Assembly (NCBI GenBank): GCA_964016885.1
Contig: OZ024746.1
Location: 13,268,001-13,332,000 of the forward strand
Source of the DNA: Eledone cirrhosa
Taxonomy: Eukaryota
Reading direction: 5' to 3'
DNA length: 64,000 nt
Shown: piece after piece, positions 55,624-64,000 of the stretch
How the letters are laid out: each line of letters starts with the position of its first letter
How positions within the stretch are numbered: position 1 is the stretch's first letter
Notes under the pieces: generated by a model
The model's input: only the letters and a program-made list of their open reading frames with translations
What the model was told of the DNA's origin: nothing
Database searches by the model: none
Translations under genes and position numbers: made by a program

Positions 55624-55879
55624 CCCTTTCGTGAGCAAATTTCAAATGAAATAGAATTAGTGGAGAATTTTATGGGATTTATTAAAATTATTATTTCATT
55701 ACTAAGATGTTATTTGTAACATAACTTAAACAAGTGGTTCTTATATCAAATTATGTTGAAAGATTTTAATTTAAATAGGAACCCTCTACAATGAGTGGTT
55801 TGGTTTCATGTAAGCAGAGATGGTTTGGGGCAAACTAATGTAAACAAAGGTTAATAGAAATGGTACTAGTGGTTACTAA

Positions 55880-56230
55880 GTAGACATATACTCTCAGTGA
55901 TACAGTTGGTGGTGTCTATGACTGCTTTTATCAATTTTAAAAGGTGATAGGTCAGTAGTTGGCAGAACCTGGGACAGACTCTAGAGAGAGAAAGATTGAA
56001 GTTTGGTGAGGGATGTAATATTTTAGCAAAATGGAAAGAACACTGTCGTGACCAGTTACCTTGTTGTGTTGAAGTGACCAGAGAAATACTTTGTAACTAT
56101 GTGCAACTGTTGGTGGAGAAAGTGAAATTGGAAAATAGATTTGAGGATAGATTTTGTTGTGTGTAGAGTTAGAAGCAAAGGAGACAGTGGATATGGTGGC
56201 TTTATCTGGTGGAATAATACTTACAGAGCC
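55880..56230 (-). mobile_element. Possible decayed CR1-like LINE ORF2 fragment
   Basis: Minus-strand FASNS remnant and composition only. Confidence 0.3.
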
Positions 56231-58764
56231 ATATTGGTCAAGGATTGGCAGGTATGAAGAGGATTCTGAAAAATATTAGGACTTTCTTGGCATGGTACCA
56301 AAATGTATGACTGCAATTGCAAGTGAACTTCGGGCATCCTTCGCTTTCCCGAAGGTCATCCTTTTGCATGTTTTGCATTAGGATGTGAATAGCCTCTAGT
56401 TGGTGATGGTGACTTCCTCTAAATATTGCAGACATTGTGAGTACAATTGCAACACAGGTGTGAGTGAACTACTTGAGGATTGAAAGCTGTGAGGTGTTAT
56501 ATGTTACAGAACTATGAGGATAGTATCAAATCAGTCAAACTTGAAACATATTTGCTGCCAAAGTAACCAATGTAGAATTAGCATATTAGTTAAGATAACT
56601 GAGGGCTCAGCAACCAGAGGTTGTTGAGTAAAAAAGATTTAATCTTTTTGACACCAACCTGCCTGAAACTGCCCCAGTTTTAAGATCCATCACTGCCCAT
56701 TTTAAAATGTTCTTAATACTAAAAAAACCTTCCATTATGTTTGCATTTAAGACATTTTTGTTAAGTAATGCTCCAAATATCAACTTACTAATGAAAATGT
56801 TATTTTATTCAATACCTCCAAAATAAATTGAAATATAAAGATAAGGTAACAAAAGGATTAAGATGGATTGCTTAAATTATGAAGTAAAATGTAATTAAGA
56901 CAGTAGCTCCTGTTGGTTTTCAATTTAACATCAATCTTATGAGGAATTCTTTACTGAGTAATAAATTTCAATTCTTAATATTAATTACACTTTATACACT
57001 TCACCGATTGGAAATTATTTATTTGTTTTGAGTGAGCAATTTTGAGGGAGCATATATATGTAGTTGGTAAGATGCCTCTCTATAACTGATTTAACCCTTT
57101 AGCATTTAATTACTATTGTATTTTCATGGTAAACACTTAACCTCATATAATTATCTCATATAATATTGAATTTATGAGATTTTGATATGATTTGTTTTGA
57201 GAACAATAACCTTAACATCAGTATGAGTTGCCGGCTACAGCCGGTTTGAACGGAAAAAGGTGAGAAAATTCTGGCCAGATATAGCCAGTTTAAATGCTAA
57301 AAGGTCAGCACACTTAAGACAAACTGGTTGCTAAAAAGCATCAAGTCCAGTTCACTACTTCTTCAACCATTCAGATCGCCACTGCCCTACTAATTAATCA
57401 ATAATAGATATCAATTGATACCATCGTCTGAAGACAATTTAATTATTGATACAATATGATTTCCTAATTATGTGATGCATATGTAAACATACTTAGGCTT
57501 ACTGAGATTATTCTGGGATAAATCTTGGGTTAATGAGTACACATGATCAATAATTAAACTATCAAGTCTTATATATTTAACCTTGGGTCCCAAATAATAG
57601 AGTGGGGGAATAACGGGGGGGGGGGGGTAAGCAGGGGAGTTGGGATAAGTGGGGGGATTAGAAAATTGGTAATTTTTCTAGGTTGTCTCCGATGATTTTT
57701 TAAAAAACCAAAATTTCGCCGGAGATAGAGTAGCAAAAATTTAATTGGGGGTGTCTGACAAATTAATAAGTGGGGGCAGGGACAATTATTAAAAACTCAA
57801 GAATATGTAATAAATGTGGTGTTGTTTTGACAAACAACATACTAAAATATTTATTCCCCCACACAGCTTATGAGACAATCTATTATGTATATCATCATCA
57901 TCACCTTTTAACGTCCATTTTCCATGCTAGCGTGATGCAAATATATTTATTCTTGTTGAGAATAACTTTATTTCACAATTAACATACTGTTGATAGCTGG
58001 ATTACGTTAATAAAAAAATTGGAGAGTTTTAACTCAACATATTAACTGTGAAATTTTTTTTTAAGATACAAGCTGAAAGGTTCAAAATATAACTCATTCT
58101 ATCTAACCAAGTTAAAAGACTTAAATAAAAGGAGTAAAGAGATGACAAGTGAAATTAAACCTGGTACTAACACAATTATTCATCAGATTATTTTGACTTC
58201 TTCAGAAATTTAATAGAATTAATTTATATATAAATGCTACTGATACAACTTTAAACCTTTGACGGTGATGATTGACAGAAGAGAACATTGACTCAAACAA
58301 AAATTAACCATAACAGGATAGATAGTGTATGCCAACTGTGCAGTTTTTTTTTCACTTTTTTCCTTGCTTAATCTGGGGGTGCATGGTATACACCATAACT
58401 AGATGTTTCCCACTTTTTTTCAGACTTGAGAAAACAGCCAACAGAAGACAGGAAACTGTATCAACACCTTTTGACTTTGATCATACCTTTTCTTATACAA
58501 TATTATCTAATAAAATTATCTTTTATTAGAAAGTAACACATTTTACATACATCTCTGCATTCACCAATGTTCTCTAGCTTGAACGTCCAGTGGCAGACTT
58601 TCCTGGTTTCTCCTACTAGACTTTTCCATACATTTTTCTGGTCAAAATAGGGGGGGGGGGGGGGGCATTATACACAAATGTATGCAATACATCAAGCAAT
58701 ACCATATTATTAATGCTGACAAGATTTCCAGAACAAAACTGAAGAAATGAAAAAGGGTTAAGTT

Positions 58765-58998
58765 TTAACCCTTTTGATACCAACCTGACAAAAACTACCC
58801 CAATTCTGATGACAGATCTCTTATTTTAAAGTATTCGTATTTAAGGAAGAATATCTTTGTTAGGTTATGTACTAAACTCCAGCTTATTAATATCGTTAGT
58901 TATTTTACTAAATCCCTTCAAATTGTTGATTGTTTACAAAATTATTTGAAAAACGTAGGTTGTGTATCTCATTAGAAATATGGTAATGAAAGGGTTAA
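58765..58998 (+). mobile_element. piggyBac-type MITE family B, older; other copies at about 16219-16441, 17688-17920, 41523-41775, 50226-50650, 51324-51767, 55620-55854, 56639-56861, 62656-62850
   Basis: ttaa|cccttttgatacc...ggtaatgaaaggg|ttaa ends and a shared internal caccagcttaataa block. Confidence 0.8.
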
Positions 58999-60449
58999 AC
59001 TCAGGTAGTTGATAGCCAAACATATTCAAATTGATCTGTATAACATCAATAGAAGAGAAGGGAAGGAATCTCTTTGAAGAAAGGCTCCACTGATCAAATG
59101 TGAAGGCTAATAATTGAATTAGAGGTTAGTAGTAACAAATATTTGATTATATGCCAAGGATGAAGTTTCTGAGTTATATGTTTATAGTGCTGATTAATTT
59201 ATTAATGCCAAATGTAACAGTCAGCCATATTTAGATGACATCTAACATGGTTGGCTGTGGGAATAGAAGCTATAGTTTAGACATGTAACGAGACTAACTT
59301 TCCAATTAATTATTGTCTGCTGTTATTTGATAAGATTATCTAAAAACAAATAAAACTATCATATATTTCATTATATGAAAGGAGAATTGTTGGTGGAATA
59401 TAAAATAAAAACTATGAAGGGCAGTTATATAAATACTTTGTATCACATAATAACTCATTGTTGTCAATGGCAATGCCCCAGCATGGCCTCAGCCTGTCAG
59501 CTGAGACACATAATAAAGTAATAGAGACAATGGAAATATTGATTGGTTTGAAATGTATAAACAATAATACACAATTTAACCCATAAGTATATTCTAATAG
59601 TTAGCAATACTTGATGATGGTGAAAGTGTATGTGTGAAGACTATAGTGGTGATTGCAGAACATATGTTGATCATGGAAATATATACATGTATAGGCAATG
59701 ATTGCGTGTGAACTACAAATTGATTAGCAACTTGTGCATGCCTGTGTAGTGACCTTAACTTAGAGATTTAAACAGCCGCATACCAACACATCTAGAAAGA
59801 GGGGCTTTCTATAGCAGACAGCAGATCTCATATGCAGAGGTGAGTAGGAAGATAGAATGTCTACTACAGCTGCTGATGTGAGAGCGGGGGTAAATGAATG
59901 CTGAATAAACTTTAGATAGTGATAATGATTGCAGCATGTCAATGGTGATGATAATAGTGACAAACAATGAACAAAAACAAATCATCTGAAATGCAAAGCT
60001 TCTAGAATGTGCCTACATAGTTCATCTGAACAGTAAATAGTTATCCTAAAACAAGTGTCACTATATTCACTTTTAACCTGCTGCAAGATATCAAATCTGG
60101 AGAGTCTAATAACCAAGGCTACATTATTTATAACCTTGTGTCATAAATAAAAGTCAACTATTAAACACAGTTGACCTTTCAATCTGAAAACTGTAGGAAA
60201 AAAGACAGAATCAAATCATTTGTATTTTTACTATTGTAGACTTCCTCAACTGATTATGTTTGAGAATACAATTTCTGAGTTTAGTTGAATTATTGCAACT
60301 GAAATGTTAGTAGAGAAGACTGACAGAAATCATTGCAATACTGAAGAAAGAGAAAAATAATTTATTTAATATCTCAATTTTAATGATAAAAAAAATATTA
60401 AAAAATTTAAAACCTGGCCACTTTTATCACTTCTCTTTACTCATACGTA

Positions 60450-60990
60450 ACTGTTTCAACATTTGCAACAAGAACAGCAATTTAATGGGAAGAGGAAAGT
60501 CGATTAAATCAATTCCAGTTCGTTACTGGTGCTTTATTTCATTGGCCCCATAAGGATGAAAGGCAAAGCCAACCTTGGCTGGATTTGAACTCAGAATGTA
60601 AAGGGTCATAACTATACCACAGAGCATGTTGTCCAACGCTCTGCCAATACTACCAATCCACCGCCCTTCTTTACTCATATAACAAACGAGTATATCATTA
60701 ATTGTTGAAATATAGCTACCACTCCTAAAAATATTCCTTTCCATGGGGCACAAAGCCATTTTATAAGTGAGAATTTGTACTTAACTGAATTGACTTTTGT
60801 TTATTTGACCTTTATATATTATTGGTAAGGTGGTGAATTGGCAGAGTCATTAGAACATCAGATATCAGATAGAATGTTTTGCAGCATTCATTCTGTCTCT
60901 TTGTGCTCGCTAAGTTCAAATCCCTCTAGGTCAACTTTTCCTTTTCTTTTGAGGTCGATTAAACAAAAAGTATCAGTCTAATACTGGTGT
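60450..60990. mobile_element. Divergently oriented SINE A pair (minus 60450-60665, plus about 60825-60990)
   Basis: Core motifs present in opposite orientations. Confidence 0.7.
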
Positions 60991-62261
60991 CAACTCTCTC
61001 TAAGAAAAAGAAGAAGAAATCTGCTGTGCTCTGACATGTCCCAACAGGGGTTACACATCATTGGTATGTGCTATATCAACTTTCACAATACTTGAACAAC
61101 AATATACAAATTCCTGAGTTATTATTTGTACTCTCTCGAACAATGACATTTTTTCTTTATATCATCCAGTCAATAAACGACCTTTACTGACTTTCTTGAC
61201 AAATGATGTGAGCTTGTCATCGAGTTTTCATGAGAATACTACAAAGATGGTCTCCCATTGCTGTCTTTTTGGTGATTTTCTTTTACAAGAAACCATCTTT
61301 TCATCTAGATACAAACAACTTTGCCACACCTGCCTTGGCAATCAGAACATAAAACACCAGAACAAATATCACAAAACATTTATTTTTACACTATTGCAAC
61401 AATTCTGTCAATCTATCACCAGGACTGGTACCTTATTTTATCAACTCCTAAAATAATGAAAAGCAACAAAATTGACATCAGTAGGACTTGAACTCAGAAC
61501 AAACACCACAAGGCTTTTTGTTTAGTGTTTTAATAATTCTATCCATTTGACACCTTATAGTAGTAGTTCTACCCTAGAAATACCCATCTGTAACAGTGAC
61601 AGCAAAAACACCCCAAAATCATATTTGGTACATCAGCTCTAATAATTTTCCAAATATCACAATTAAAAATTTCATTAACAAAAATTTTCAGAGTTTTAAA
61701 TATTAATTCAATAACAACTCTACCAATGAATCTTCAATAATATTACTAATAAATATTATACTGTAGCACCTCAAACAATGTATTTAAATGTTCTTGCTTT
61801 AAAGTAAAGAGAATACCTGACATGTATAAGTACTATTAAAGTTAATGTCTGTCCCAAGTTCAAAAACTTATCCCAGTTTTACTGGGGCTAAGCAACTAAC
61901 AGTACATGGCTAGATGCCAGTCCATCACAGGATTAACTCCTAATTATTGTTGGTATTCATTATTTTATTTTTCTAGCGAAATGGTCAAGAGCAAAGTAAA
62001 ATAAAGTGTCTTGCTCAAGGACTCAAATGGGCATCTTCATCCAGTAACTGAACCTATGACTTTATGATTGTGAGTCCAACACCTTAACCACTAGGCTGCA
62101 CACTTTTAGAGACAAAATAAGATCAAATAAAATAGTTATTTTTTGTTTGAACTCTTCTTACAAAAAAAACAACTTTAAATTTGTTTTCTGAAATTTATAA
62201 TAGCATAAATCTTTCATCATTGTCTTCAAGTGAAAAAAAAATCAATGTTTCAAATACTTAC

Positions 62262-62405
62262 CAGTAGTTTGGTTGTTAATTACAAGACCTTTGTGATCTC
62301 CACCACCAACATGAGCTACTTTCTGATCTTCAAATGTTAACCGTTTTTTCCTTTCAATTTTTATATGAGTGGCTTTTCCTTTTTTGGTAGGAGTCATAAC
62401 AATAT
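62262..62405 (-). CDS. Exon A of an uncharacterised multi-exon gene, probably the first coding exon (ATG at 62397): (DIV)MTPTKKGKATHIKIERKKRLTFEDQKVAHVGGGDHKGLVINNQTT
   Basis: Minus strand has a pyrimidine tract ending ttttag|AT and donor ACTG|gtaagt. 144 nt, open frame, ends in phase 1, matching exon B. Confidence 0.85.
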
Positions 62406-63200
62406 CTAAAAGAAATAACAAAAAACACATTTTAAATCCCTTGATTCAACAATAACTGTCAGTAAATATCTAAAAATAAGATTAAAATAAATATATGTTG
62501 ATAAGAAATGGTAGTACTTAGATTTAACCAAAAAGATTTCATGCTAGTATACAGAATTTTAATAAATTAATATTTTCTCATGAGAAAAATACATAGTAAA
62601 TTCTACCCCTTAATATCATCCAAGTCAATAGTGTAATTATTTCAAGTAGAGAATATTAACCTGCTTTTGATACTAAACTGTCTAAAACTTAAACTGTCCA
62701 TCATAATTTCATGTAAGTTAATATTGTTATGTTTCAAACACCAACTTAAAAATAAAAACGTTATCTTACTAAGTCCCACAAAATTCTTTCAAAATTAATT
62801 GAAAATCATAGGAAGTATATTTCATTAAAAATATAGTAATGAAAAGGTTAGGTGATACAATTTTTTTCAACATAATAAAAACGATTCTAGATAACAACAA
62901 AAACTAAAAAGCAAGAAGGGAGTAAATATGTATAAACATCCTGTTACCTACAAACCTTATTGCAAGAAATCAGTGCTGTAGATGGAATTAGTATTTTATC
63001 TGCTGCACTTAGTATTAGCATAGTGTCAAAATATCCAATTAGTCAGTGGAAATTAAGAAAACCTGATGCATTTCTGAAAATGTCAAAGACTTCTGGGATT
63101 TTTTTTAAAGGTGGAGAAGAAATAATGTTAAGAATACTATATATTTGTTTCAACATGTTGGTGATAAAAAGAGCATTCTGCTGTAGAAATAATGTTAAAC

Positions 63201-63985
63201 AAAGGGCTGAGAAGAACTCTTCAGTTATGTCAGTGACATAACAACCTCTCTAGTGTTGATGACATGATGAGACACACTGAAAGGGCTGAGAAGAACTCTT
63301 CAGTTATGTCAGTGACATAACAACCTCTCTAGTGTTGATGACATGATGAGACACACTGAAAGGGCTGAGAGGAACTCTTCAGTTGTGTCAGTGACATAAC
63401 AACCTCTCTAGTGATGGTGACATGATGAGACACACTGAAAGGGTGGAGAGGAACTCTTCAGTTGTGTCAGTGACATAACAACCTCTCTAGTGATGGTGAC
63501 ATGATGAGACACACTCAGTACACAGTGTAAAGTGGTTGGGTGATAGGGAAAGTATCCAACAGTAAAAAAAATGCCAAACAACGAGTTGAGAGAGTTCTTT
63601 GGTTGTGTCAGAGATATGACAACCTCTCTGGTGTGGGTGCCATGAAAATATAGGGGGGGGGTAAGTGATGGTGACATGATGAGACACACTCAGTACACAG
63701 TGTAAAGTGGTTGGGTGATAGGGAAAGTATCCAACAGTAAAAAAAATGCCAAACAACGAGTTGAGAGAGTTCTTTGCTTGTGTCAGAGATATGACAACCT
63801 CTCTGGTGTGGGTGCCATGAAAATATAGGGGGGGGGGGGTAGTGAGATATGGCCTCCAGCCCATCTGTGAAATTAGTAGCTTCAATAGCTACAATTAAAT
63901 ATTGACTTGATCTCTGATGACCCATCTAACACTTGCTAGCAGGGAGAATGGACATTAAATGGAGGTGGTGATGGTGGTGGTGATG
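63201..63985 (+). repeat. 79-bp x about 4 plus ~177-bp x2 tandem duplications overlapping an RTE 3' UTR
   Basis: Direct repeats are visible. gtaaagtggttgggtgatagggaaagtatccaacag and the tail acttgctagc...ggacattaaatg(gt)n resemble the RTE 3' end at 40700-40845. Confidence 0.8.
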
Positions 63986-64000
63986 CATTATTAGAATGAC

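Noticed and set aside
58551-58637. 87-nt candidate exon KNVWKSLVGETRKVCHWTFKLENIGECRD
   Set aside because: Open only in phase 0-0, while the A-B intron is phase 1, where it reads into TGA. It is flanked by transposon-like fragments.
62960-63241. 93-aa plus-strand ORF
   Set aside because: Non-ATG start, runs into a tandem repeat, has no recognisable motif, and is antisense to the host gene.

Overview
AT-rich, repeat-dense animal genomic DNA. The SINE, RTE and MITE families resemble those I recall from coleoid cephalopods (Octopus-like); that assignment is inference. Almost all ORFs in the supplied track are artefacts of repeats. The window lies mostly in the introns of one minus-strand protein-coding gene. 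Four phase-compatible exons (62262-62405, 50743-50828, 35962-36073, 28126-28245) splice into one open frame: MTPTKKGK...VAHVGGGDHKGLVINNQTT-DEDDDLGKPQLQLGFACFLVDQKTGDHLV-ETRKLKFWY...FFKELIRPEDFPR-DYVGFITKCMKQMQ...EAPLSP. They are followed by three single-copy phase 1-1 microexons (30, 30 and 39 nt). Then comes the main finding: the ~12.5 kb 'satellite' at 1-12540 is a tandem array of exon-plus-intron units. Each unit carries one intact 36-nt phase 1-1 microexon encoding an EEKIEEVKQATT-type 12-mer (10 copies, 6 peptide variants, no stops or indels, splice sites kept). The array and the gene continue past the left edge. The rest is tRNA-derived SINEs, piggyBac/hAT/Tc2-type MITEs, RTE and CR1 LINE remnants, and several minisatellites.
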